From the IMG/VR virus record IMGVR_UViG_3300005721_000046: a stretch of DNA of 64,000 bases; one strand, 5' to 3'. The notes beneath the pieces were generated by a model. It was not told where the DNA came from. It saw only the letters and a list, made by a program, of their open reading frames with translations, and did no database searches. This document shows, piece by piece, positions 1 to 9,600 of the stretch (positions within the stretch are counted from its first letter, which is position 1; every line of letters starts with the position of its first letter). The position numbers were made by a program, and so were the translations under genes. Source of the DNA: a virus.

Positions 1-3000
1 CTCTAAGCCAATAGTTAAGCGTCTGTCGCGGCTCTAATCCTGTTCGACTGAAAGTAATGCCTGAAGTTTGCGCTATTAATTTTGCTTCGGCAACATTACT
101 GTTCGAACTTTCGTAAATCTCGACATAGGAGAAATCTACATCTGTCGGATTTGTCCAGCTCAACCACAGAGCATTCAAACCTGAACTGATCTTAAAATTT
201 GTCGGTTTCGCGGGCGGCACGTTATCTATCGCAACTTTATGTTCTACCGTTGCGGTATAGGACGAAACGTTACCTGCTTTGTCGCGTGCACGAACACGAC
301 ATTGATATGTTAGCCCGGCAATAGTATCAAATTCATATGAATTCGATACCGTGAGAACCGACACCCAGTTTCCATCCGGAAGTTCTTTTAACTGCAGGTC
401 GTAGCCTGCCAGATCATCTTCAGTGTTTGCGTCCCATTTGACTATAACATGCGGTCTGTTATCGGTTATAGCAGAACTGACTGCCAGATTTTCTGGCATT
501 TTGGGCGGTGTTACGTCAATATCAAAAAGTGTATGAATGGCGATCTCGGTTGAATAATCGAGATTGTCTTTACCAAAATTATCATATCCGGCTATTTTAA
601 AATAGTAGGTTGTGTCCGGTTTTCCCATTACGACAATCGGATTTTCGTTGCCTTCGTAGAAAGGCTTATCGGTGCTTACATCAATTCCTGATTTTTCCGA
701 TCTAAAGAGAACAACGCCTTCAAAGTCGTTATCTTTGGGACGTTCGTATCCCATGTAAATAACCGAACCATTGACCTGATAAATTGGAGCGATTGGCCCG
801 GGCGGCGGATTATAGAAAGTTGCGGTAACAGGATCAGAGTTACGACCAAATACATCATAGAGTGTAATTTCAACACGAAGCGATCGACAGGCATCGGAAT
901 GTCCACGCGCCTGATTGTCACCGCTATTTGCTTCATAGGTATATGTATAAGCGCTGCCGACTACTCGCTCTTGTCTTAATAAGTCGCCAGTCTGAGCATT
1001 GTAGATTTTTATAATATTGTAAGCGTAATGCGGCGAAGGCTCGTTCGAAGGAGCGCTATTCATGGATTGCGCCAGATTATTTTGCCATTTGATGCGTAAA
1101 TCTCTGCCATTAAAGGCATTTGAGCCCGGATTATCAATCAACTCGATATTGCTAACGGTGGGCAATGGATAGCCCCATGCACCAACTGCATCATATTCGA
1201 GTTCTGCGGGTGTCGAAAGTACGCCTACATACGAGATGGTTTGAACATAGAATTTGTATTTGCCAGTTTTTACGTCGTTTAATGTTCTGTAAGTGTCCTG
1301 CGTGACACCCAGAACTTGATGATCGTCGTCAGGTGTGTCGACAGAGACCATAAAACCGCGCGTAAGAGAAGCGTCAGGCGGCGTCCACGATAATGTTAAG
1401 CTTTGATATGACTGACCATTTAAGACGTAACCCGTTTCTTTAACGGTCAAATTCTTTGGCGGTAATGATGTTTTCGAGACACGATCATAAGGTAATGGGT
1501 CAAAAACTATGCCGCGTTCAATACGATCGAATTTTTGCGGATCATGAAAAAGACCTGACACTGTGAAGGTGTTTTTGTCTTCTTCTTTAATATCCAAAAC
1601 ATTATAAAGTCGCGGCGTAATATCAGTGCCTTTAATCGTCCAAACAGCGTTATCGACTGCTTTTTGCGAAAACGCACTTGCTACCCTCACCGTCTTTTCG
1701 TTAATAAAAGCCGCGATAGGTCTTGTTTCGATGCTACCATCCGGCATCGCAAGCATTAGCTGATAACTTTGATTGTCATTTGCTTCAAATGGCGCATCAA
1801 GCACTATTGTCAGATCATCTTGTCGCGCGATACGACCGCCCGCTCGAATATTGGCTTTATTGGGATCCGATACGGCTATTAGGTTGCCCGGTCTTACATT
1901 AGCATGATCCCAACCTGCTTTATACGTAATGGTCTCGGTCTCGTGTTGCTCGCTATCAATAATCCACTTTCCGTAGCGATGCGCCAAGCCACGCGATGTG
2001 CAACCAGGAAATTGTAGTGATTTCTCACGCCATCCATATTTCGCCAAAAGATCGTTATCAATAACCACTTCGGTCGAAGGCGAGTAGAAGTCTTTCGGGT
2101 CGTTCCATTTCACTAAAATGACGCTATGGCGTGCTTTTAGTGCCGTTCCTGAGTATTCAAACTCTCCTTTTATAACGTTCGCTGGCGTTACAAGTTTAAC
2201 GGGATCTGACGGCATATCAGCAGTAGCAAACACTTGACCATATGCCCAATATGCCATGCCGCGCCAAGCTTTTGTGATGTTCTGCAGAACAAAATAGGCT
2301 TCGTCTTGACTGTTAATTACGCCATTAAAAGTAAAGCGGGGTTCGTAAATATCCTTGCCGGTATCTGCGTTTTTATAACCAGACGGCACAAGTTGATCGC
2401 AATATTGGGCGATTGTGTAAAGCGACCATTTATCTACAGCACTGGCTGGAATAAATTCTCCGAGGCCATATCTGTTGTTCGTGACGAGATCGTAGAAAAT
2501 CCATGCCGGATTGTTCGTCCATGCGATTTTAAATGAACCGTCCCAAATACCGCTATACTTACGCGTCCAATTATCATAATTGGATGGAACCTGTACTTGA
2601 AGACCGAGAACGTGATAGGCGCGTGGCGGAATAGACGTTCCCATGTCCTCGGCGTTTACATCAACGAAAATCGCCGCTGTATGCGGATAAATAAACTTGC
2701 CTTCGACCAATATCACATAAGACTCAAGATAAAGGTCGTTCTGTATATCGTCATCCTTCGGATCTTTGTCATCCGTAAGTCTGCGAACACGAATTTCCCA
2801 TGGATTGCCGCCATACGGCAATTGAATGCGATGAGCAATCTGAAAAGGCGAAGTCGACTTTTCATTGATGGTATTTTTAATCGCTTCTTGCCATGTTCCG
2901 TCATTGCCGCGAACATCGATAGCGTATGACAGACTTGTCTTTTTTAATTCACCCTTTGAAGACTGTTTAAACAACGCATTCACACGCATGATCACACGCA

Positions 3001-3361
3001 CTGCATCGGCGTTCTGCTCAATGATTGTGCGTGTAACTGGTGTTGCGTTTTTTTTAACCTGAACGTCGACCTGGACAGGCGTTTCTACGGCATTTTGTCC
3101 GTAAAAATAACCGTCATCGGGAGTTCCTCGGTGAAACTCCCAATTAACATTTTGAAAATTTAGAGTGCCGTCAGGTGCGGCTAAAGGTGTCTGGTCGAAA
3201 TAAATCGATTGAGCACCATTAACTAATCCTTCAATCGGACCTTCGGAGATAATCTCGACGAAACGTGCACGATCGCGTGTACGAATGGTATTAGGTTCGC
3301 TTTTAGTGGTGCTTTTATCGCCGCCTTTGCGTCCCAGAACTATATCTTGACTTGTGGTCAC
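1..3361 (-). CDS. J: host specificity / central tail fibre protein (lambda gpJ-like); C-terminus lies beyond the window start
   Basis: A minus-strand frame opens at GTG 3361 (GAAGG Shine-Dalgarno upstream) and runs off coordinate 1. It is absent from the ORF table because there is no stop in the window. Own translation: N-terminal 'VEIISEGPIEG' and 'WTNNPAWIFYDLVTNNRYGLG' resemble lambda J, followed by FN3-like repeats. Confidence 0.85.
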   Translation of the reverse strand, partial: MTTSQDIVLGRKGGDKSTTKSEPNTIRTRDRARFVEIISEGPIEGLVNGAQSIYFDQTPLAAPDGTLNFQNVNWEFHRGTPDDGYFYGQNAVETPVQVDVQVKKNATPVTRTIIEQNADAVRVIMRVNALFKQSSKGELKKTSLSYAIDVRGNDGTWQEAIKNTINEKSTSPFQIAHRIQLPYGGNPWEIRVRRLTDDKDPKDDDIQNDLYLESYVILVEGKFIYPHTAAIFVDVNAEDMGTSIPPRAYHVLGLQVQVPSNYDNWTRKYSGIWDGSFKIAWTNNPAWIFYDLVTNNRYGLGEFIPASAVDKWSLYTIAQYCDQLVPSGYKNADTGKDIYEPRFTFNGVINSQDEAYFVLQNITKAWRGMAYWAYGQVFATADMPSDPVKLVTPANVIKGEFEYSGTALKARHSVILVKWNDPKDFYSPSTEVVIDNDLLAKYGWREKSLQFPGCTSRGLAHRYGKWIIDSEQHETETITYKAGWDHANVRPGNLIAVSDPNKANIRAGGRIARQDDLTIVLDAPFEANDNQSYQLMLAMPDGSIETRPIAAFINEKTVRVASAFSQKAVDNAVWTIKGTDITPRLYNVLDIKEEDKNTFTVSGLFHDPQKFDRIERGIVFDPLPYDRVSKTSLPPKNLTVKETGYVLNGQSYQSLTLSWTPPDASLTRGFMVSVDTPDDDHQVLGVTQDTYRTLNDVKTGKYKFYVQTISYVGVLSTPAELEYDAVGAWGYPLPTVSNIELIDNPGSNAFNGRDLRIKWQNNLAQSMNSAPSNEPSPHYAYNIIKIYNAQTGDLLRQERVVGSAYTYTYEANSGDNQARGHSDACRSLRVEITLYDVFGRNSDPVTATFYNPPPGPIAPIYQVNGSVIYMGYERPKDNDFEGVVLFRSEKSGIDVSTDKPFYEGNENPIVVMGKPDTTYYFKIAGYDNFGKDNLDYSTEIAIHTLFDIDVTPPKMPENLAVSSAITDNRPHVIVKWDANTEDDLAGYDLQLKELPDGNWVSVLTVSNSYEFDTIAGLTYQCRVRARDKAGNVSSYTATVEHKVAIDNVPPAKPTNFKISSGLNALWLSWTNPTDVDFSYVEIYESSNSNVAEAKLIAQTSGITFSRTGLEPRQTLNYWLR

Positions 3362-3366
3362 GGCGT

Positions 3367-4035
3367 TTAGACCTTCATTCTTTCGATGTCTATTCCGCCG
3401 GATACGACACCACCACCTGTTATGACTTCTCCGTAAACAAGAGGAACGGGTATTGCTTGATCAGACATATTTGTCGGACCGCTCATGATGAATGAGTTGT
3501 CGTTTTTGTTGCGAGTTTTCTCTTCCGGCGATAAAAGCGAGGAAACGCCGGTTAAAGCCAAAGCAAGGCCAAAAACCGCGACGTGCGTACCGGTTACCGA
3601 CGAAAACACGCCAGTTCCGATAGCTTGTGTGAGTGCGCCACCTGTAAATAAAAATGCTGCGCCGATTAATGCAACACCGAGAATAACTTTAAGACCTCCG
3701 CCGCCATGCTTTGAGCCTTTGACAACAGGCGCAATATGCAGATCGCCTTTGCCTAGGTTGAAGTAAGAAACGTCATATTCGTCGAGACTTCTGCCCTTTT
3801 TTAGATTTTGACCACGTACGACATGCCAGGATCCTTTCGTTATATCTTCGCGAAATGCCGGAAAGTTTGTAATGAGCGCTCGAATGGCTTCACCCGCTGT
3901 GCGAACTTCGAGATTGAATACTCGACCGTATTTTTTAGCCAAAACGCCATGAAGAAAAACTTTACGCATTTTTCTTGGCTCCCGTGTAACGTATCCATAA
4001 AGATGATTGTTTTGCCCAAATACCGGCTGGCTCAC
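3367..4035 (-). CDS. tail assembly protein (lambda gpI-like); true start may be the internal Met near 3969
   Basis: About 220 aa with a Gly-rich/hydrophobic C-terminal half. Sits between K-like and J-like genes exactly as in lambda. Confidence 0.55.
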   Translation of the reverse strand: MSQPVFGQNNHLYGYVTREPRKMRKVFLHGVLAKKYGRVFNLEVRTAGEAIRALITNFPAFREDITKGSWHVVRGQNLKKGRSLDEYDVSYFNLGKGDLHIAPVVKGSKHGGGGLKVILGVALIGAAFLFTGGALTQAIGTGVFSSVTGTHVAVFGLALALTGVSSLLSPEEKTRNKNDNSFIMSGPTNMSDQAIPVPLVYGEVITGGGVVSGGIDIERMKV

Positions 4036-4768
4036 GTCTTGAAAGTCGTTGCGGTAAGTGATGAACTATGAGGCCGTCATTAATTAAAACGCCCGCGTGG
4101 TTATATTTGTCAGACCGAATTTTCATGAGAAAGCAGTCGCCGGGTTTGGCTTCTGAAAAGGGAATTTCGACAAATCCCTGACTTTTAAAGTTTTCCGCGT
4201 AAAGATCGCCGCCTTTGTACCACCAGTCGACTTCACGCGGAAAATCGTCAAGTTCGATAGGCTCGTATGGCCAGTCGAGTATGCCCTGCTCCGCCAATCT
4301 GTCTTTGCCGAAACGAAAGGTGTCTCTTAAAAGTGAGTAGCAATCTGTTATACCGTGAACAAAAGTTCTACCGATGATCGGCGGAATATAATCTTTTTCA
4401 CCCCATTTGAGAGCGTCGAATATGCGTTCCTCGTCAAGCGGAATAATTGCCCACGCAACGTCGGTTTGAACTTGGCTTTGCATGTCGGTTAGCGACGGTT
4501 CAAACGGTCCGTTGGGGTGGGAATGAACAATGTATTGTATATTTGCGTGACCGGCGAGAAGACTAGCGTATTTTGTCTCGTTCATTTTGAACGAACACAG
4601 CTTGCAACTGCAGTTTGGGTCGTTTTTTTTGTGTGATGTTATCGGATCCGCTTCATTGTCGAACGGAATATATTTGTAATCGATAATAACGCCGCAGGAC
4701 TCTTCGGGAAAACAGTCACGCGCGTGATGTTTTGCGTCATCAAACGCCAAATCAAACTTACTTGTCAT
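3962..4768 (-). CDS. tail tip assembly protein (lambda gpK-like): JAB/MPN metalloprotease plus NlpC/P60 peptidase
   Basis: JAMM motif 'EESCG...HSHPNGPFEPSLTDM'. NlpC/P60 Cys/His motif 'DCYSL...HAGVLINDGLIVHH'. Start chosen at ATG 4768, which gives an ATGA overlap with the L stop at 4765. The longest ORF extends to 4837. Confidence 0.8.
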   Translation of the reverse strand: MTSKFDLAFDDAKHHARDCFPEESCGVIIDYKYIPFDNEADPITSHKKNDPNCSCKLCSFKMNETKYASLLAGHANIQYIVHSHPNGPFEPSLTDMQSQVQTDVAWAIIPLDEERIFDALKWGEKDYIPPIIGRTFVHGITDCYSLLRDTFRFGKDRLAEQGILDWPYEPIELDDFPREVDWWYKGGDLYAENFKSQGFVEIPFSEAKPGDCFLMKIRSDKYNHAGVLINDGLIVHHLPQRLSRREPAGIWAKQSSLWIRYTGAKKNA

Positions 4769-5472
4769 TTTATTCTTTGAACTCCCGGAAACCCGCCAAA
4801 CGGAAATGGCCCGTTTGCGCCAAAGCGGGCACGACAACAGCTTAATCGCCGCGAAGGTTCATCTTTATCGGGCGTGGTCGGTAAGTCGTTGCGGTCAAAG
4901 AAACTATCGCCAGCGTAAGGGCATTGAGCTTTGGAGTAATCAAATCGACCGGTTAGAGGATCAAAGCGTCTGTAGCGCCATAAACAGGTCTCTCTAATAA
5001 CGAGTCTTCCGGGCAATTTCTTTCCCTCTTGGTCGATCGAGGCGGAAAGTTCCCATTCGATATAGACGCTATTTTCGGATGTCTTGCGTTCAAAACGAAA
5101 AATATCAGGCCCATAAAATGCTTCGGAGTCAGGTTCTTCACCATCATCCAAATGTCGTGCAAAGGTGCGTACGCGGTAAATTGTGCAACCGAGTAGTTCG
5201 CCCCATGTGGCCGACATTGCCTGCGCTACGCCATCGGTGTTTGAAATACGTACAGTCGGCGTAGGCAAAGAGCCGGTTCCGCTGGTTTCAAGACCTTCAA
5301 ACTCGACGTCGATCGGTTGATATTCAATGCCACCGAAGCGAACTCTGCCGTTATGTTTTGAACCTTGGACGAAATAAAACAAGGTTCCGCCAAGTGGCGA
5401 TGTGTCAACCGTGAAAAGATCGATAATTGCTGATGGATTTAGACTTTGAGATTCGGCATGAATAGAGGTCAT
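4765..5472 (-). CDS. L: minor tail protein L (lambda gpL-like)
   Basis: Full-length similarity to lambda L, including Cys-rich C-terminus 'CPYAGDSFFD...CCRARFG..NGPFPFGGFPG'. Confidence 0.85.
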   Translation of the reverse strand: MTSIHAESQSLNPSAIIDLFTVDTSPLGGTLFYFVQGSKHNGRVRFGGIEYQPIDVEFEGLETSGTGSLPTPTVRISNTDGVAQAMSATWGELLGCTIYRVRTFARHLDDGEEPDSEAFYGPDIFRFERKTSENSVYIEWELSASIDQEGKKLPGRLVIRETCLWRYRRFDPLTGRFDYSKAQCPYAGDSFFDRNDLPTTPDKDEPSRRLSCCRARFGANGPFPFGGFPGVQRIK

Positions 5473-5511
5473 GATTGCCTGATTAAAAGGGAAAATTATT
5501 GTCTTGCTGAT

Positions 5512-5895
5512 TTATCGTTCGTTGGTGAACGACTGAACGAGATTGGCCGTGCCTGACCAAACACCTTGATCGAATTTGAATTCGAATTCTTTACAAGTCC
5601 ACTTAAACGTCTGTGGCAGACCAAATGGACGATAATAAAAAGCCAAATTGCCCTGACGTTCTATAAAGAAACGTTCGATTTCTTGTGCTTGATCGTATAA
5701 AAGCGCGTCCCACTTCAACGGAACATTAAGCCGAATATGATTAAGACCGGCTGGCGTTATCTGACTGTAACCGTCACCGAATTCGGTTTCACGCAGTTTA
5801 ATTTCATACTTATGCGTTGTTCCGGGGGATGGGCCAACAGGAGGACAAAATGTGGGAAGCTGCATCTTTCTACCTAAAGATGCGAAATAACGCAT
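5512..5895 (-). CDS. M: minor tail protein M (lambda gpM-like)
   Basis: Motif 'EFGDGYSQITPAGLN' matches lambda M 'RFGDGYSQRAPAGLN'. Confidence 0.8.
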   Translation of the reverse strand: MRYFASLGRKMQLPTFCPPVGPSPGTTHKYEIKLRETEFGDGYSQITPAGLNHIRLNVPLKWDALLYDQAQEIERFFIERQGNLAFYYRPFGLPQTFKWTCKEFEFKFDQGVWSGTANLVQSFTNER

Positions 5896-5938
5896 CTTTT
5901 TTAATATAAAACGACGTTAAAAGCAAGTTGATTGAATA

Positions 5939-6685
5939 TTAGCGACCACAGTATCTCAGCCAAAAATCGGAATTTCGTGACCAGATACCGGCCTTTTCTC
6001 GTCTTGAATAACGACCTGGTAGATGATGAATAATATCACCGTTATCTACCAGTACACCGCCGTGAGTGTATTTATCGGACATGAACTGCATCAAAAAACA
6101 GTCGCCGGGTTTGGCTTGTCGTCGATCAATACGTTTAAAGCCTAAACGTTCATAATTATCGACGTAATAGTTTTTGCCCTCGCCCCACCAGCCATCATTG
6201 CGTGGAATGATTGGTAGCTCAATGGGTTCGTACGGCCATTCATAAATATGTTGTTTCGCTAATCTTTCTTTACCAAGCCGAAAACAATCGCGAATGAGCG
6301 AATAGCAGTCAGTCACGCCATGAACGAAGGTTCTACCGATAATCGGCGGAATTGGAGTTTCTGCTCCCCATACAAGTGGCTCGGAAACGACGTTTTCGTT
6401 CAGAAATATAAGCGCGAATGGTCGATCATATTTCTCCTGAAAACTCATTTCCTTTTCACTAGGCCAATAAGGTTCAGACGGTTTTGATGCGACTATTGCT
6501 TGTATGTTTTCAACACCCACATCTTCAAGCAAATGAAAAGGGAATTGAAAGTCTAATATATCATTATTAGCGACATTTTGCACCGGTTGATATCTGTTAT
6601 TGCTAATAAAACCGCATGCACGCGACGGATATTTTCTTCTCGCGTGTCTTTTTGCGGCCTCTAAAGCGTTATCGATTTCACTCAT
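5939..6685 (-). CDS. NlpC/P60 peptidase-domain protein, paralog of the K-like gene with a degenerate MPN/JAB N-terminal domain
   Basis: The C-terminal half is near-identical in pattern to the K-like protein ('PIPPIIGRTFVHGVTDCYSLIRD...PGDCFLMQFMSDKYTHGGVLVDNGDIIHHLP'). The N-terminus keeps 'ACGFI' (compare 'ESCGVI') but lacks the HxH JAMM motif. Confidence 0.75.
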   Translation of the reverse strand: MSEIDNALEAAKRHARRKYPSRACGFISNNRYQPVQNVANNDILDFQFPFHLLEDVGVENIQAIVASKPSEPYWPSEKEMSFQEKYDRPFALIFLNENVVSEPLVWGAETPIPPIIGRTFVHGVTDCYSLIRDCFRLGKERLAKQHIYEWPYEPIELPIIPRNDGWWGEGKNYYVDNYERLGFKRIDRRQAKPGDCFLMQFMSDKYTHGGVLVDNGDIIHHLPGRYSRREKAGIWSRNSDFWLRYCGR

Positions 6686-6696
6686 TTTAAAATGCC

Positions 6697-9600
6697 TTAG
6701 CGGGAACGATTATTTAAGAATGAGCCCGGACGTGATTGTTTGCGCATTTCATCGGCAATAATTGCACGCATTGTGCCATCAAGCTCTTTCGACATGCGCT
6801 TTGCCAAATCTTCGTTTTGTTCCGGACTGCCGGCAGAGCCATTGACCGTAATTGGTGCTTGAATTTGAACAAGTCGATTTTGCTGAAAACTGCCAGCCGC
6901 ACGCATTTGTTCAGGAGTTAGTACGGCTTCGCCTTTTTTTGCTATGATCGGAACTTCGGATGGAAGTAATCCGCCGCCAACTATTCCGCCGCCATGCATT
7001 TTGGGCGCCCCAAGAAACGCAAGCGCGGAAACCGATCTAAATGCGCCTCTGTCGCCAATCATTCCGCCACTGTGATGCACTGCGGCAGATTTGGTAAACA
7101 TTGATTTTGCGGCAGATCCAGTTGCGCCACTATCGCTCTTTAATGAGACTTTCTGACCACCGAAAATGCTTGACAAAAGTCCTTTAACGCCGATTTTTGT
7201 TATGTCATTTATAATACCGTCAATAACCGAACGTAAATTTCCGGCGCCTGTAATTACACCAGCAATACCTCCAGCAAGGCTATCCATCCAGCCTGTTTCC
7301 GACTTTTCGATCTGATCATTAATATCCGCCCATTCGCGCATTTGTTTAACAACGGGATTTATTTGTTGAGCGTATTTTTGGCGGATATTGGCTTTCTTTT
7401 GCTCAACCTCTTCTGTTATTGCAATTTCATCGGCGCCATTTTGACGCATATGTTGAGCCCACTCATCAACTGCCGCCATATCACGTTGTAATTGTGTTTG
7501 GCGCAATTGTGATTGCGTTAATAAACTATCACGAATGTCTTGCGTCTCTTGAGCCGTAGCGGCTTTTCGTTGTGCCAGCTCAAGTTGCGCTTGTTTTCTA
7601 ACGGCATCGCTTTTGGCGGCCTCAATGCTCTTATAAACCGGACCATTTTTGCCTTCGCCAAGCTGCTCGGCTTTATTTAAAAGCTGATCATAGGTCAGAA
7701 GGATATTTTTAATCTCCTGACTTTGACCTTGGTAGTTCGGATTGGCCGCTTTTTTGTTGTATTCAGCAATTTGCGAAGTGAGTTTTAACTCATCCTCTTT
7801 CATATCATTTCGAAGTTTCTGATCCTTTGTAGCCAATGTGCTTTGCACATCAAGCTGACGCATGCTCTCTAAAATCCGCTGATTACGCTCGTTCTTCGGA
7901 TCTTCGCCGTTATTAAGCATTGATTGACGCGCGGCATCGTATTTGTTGCCAGCATCAAAGGGGCGATTATAGATTTCGAGAAGTTCTTGCTTTGCTTTGC
8001 TTTTGAGCTCATTTATGTCGGCTGAAAAGCTTTCTTTTTGCGCCGCACGAACCTTCTCGTCGAGCGCGTTAATGCTTTCATCAACATTGGCGTTGATGTT
8101 CGACGAAGCGTTCAACAACGCGTTTTTAGCGGGGTCAAAGTTTAATTCCGGCGACTTTAATAGAGTTGCGTCCTTCTGTAGAAAAGAACGACGACCGGTC
8201 CATTCAAAATGCATCGGATCTTTGGTGTTTTTCCAATCTCCACCCCAAGTCAAACCCCATTTAGCCGCTAATTCCGATATATTAGCAGGCATATCGGTCA
8301 TAAAATTCTTGCCCATCGGGTTTTGCGAAGGGTTGATATCAATAGCGTTGCCAAAGGCGTGTTCGGATAGCGAACGGCCATCACGCTTTGTACGAAGATT
8401 ATAACCGCCAAGTGAATTTATCTGATAACCTTGCTCCTCAAGATCGTTTAGAAAACCTAAAAACGAAGCCGCTGCTTCCTTATGAACATTAACAGACTTA
8501 CCATTATGAGTGGTAATGCGTGTAATGTTGTTTCCTTGCCAATCGGGCGAAGTCGGATTACCCCAACGTCCCATGTTTTTTGACATGAGATTTGCCGATC
8601 CCTTTAACGTATCGTTGACTTCGGCAATTCCGCTGGTTAGCGAGTTGAGTTGACCTAATATGTTTGGTCCGAACTGAGGCCCAGACAGCCCAAGATTATT
8701 CGTTGGTGATTGATTGTTTACAGCGCCAACATTTCGTAATGAAGTTCCAATGTCAATTCCATTCGCTAGACCACTTATACCCGAAAGACTGTTCGAGACG
8801 CCATCAAGCGACATCTTTACATCGTTGATTTTTGCAATAGTCGTATTGCCGAAAGCATTTTCTCTGAACGCATCGCCTAACGTGGCGGCGAGCTTGGTTT
8901 GACTGTTGACGTTTTTGGCTAAATCATCGAATTGATTTTCAATAACCGAACTGGGGCCGATACCAAAGTACTTACCTTCCCGAATGGCTATTTTTAACTT
9001 CTCTGTTTCGGAAAGCTTAATGCCTCCTCGATCAGCCTCTTCTTTTCTGATGACGTTCTGAATATGCTGATCAAGAGTTTTCTTTTTAATCTGGTCAATG
9101 TCGTTTTGAAGACCGGTAAAACCTTCGCGCATTTTGTCGAAGACGGTCTTTTCGGCAGCCATTTGAAGAAGCTCTTGATGCATTCTTTTGACGGCTTCTT
9201 CAGCAGAGTCCAACTCGCCGTATTTGCCCGCACTAACTTTTGCGAACATCTGTGAGAAGGCGTTTGTAGCGCCTGAAATCTCTCCCTGAAGGTCAAAGAT
9301 TGTCTCTTTGAGTTTTAGAAGAGCTTTATTGCCATTCTTGATACGCGTTTGTTCGTTATTTACTGGAGACGCAAGAAGCTCTGGGTCCATTTTGTTTGGA
9401 CTCAGATCGTTTATTTTTTTCTTAATTTCGTTCTGCAGGTCTTTTATTTTTTTTATAGCGCCGAGATAATAATTTTTACCTAAACCATTTTGCGTATTTT
9501 CTGCGTCGGCGTTGGAATATTTCTTTAATAAACCCTGTTGTTTTTTTAATTCATCTTCAAGGCTAGCTAACTGACTTTGATATAATTTCTTTTGAGCCTT

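Noticed and set aside
1-3361. Diversity-generating retroelement near the J tail fibre gene
   Set aside because: No reverse transcriptase gene or template/variable repeat pair is recognisable in the window.
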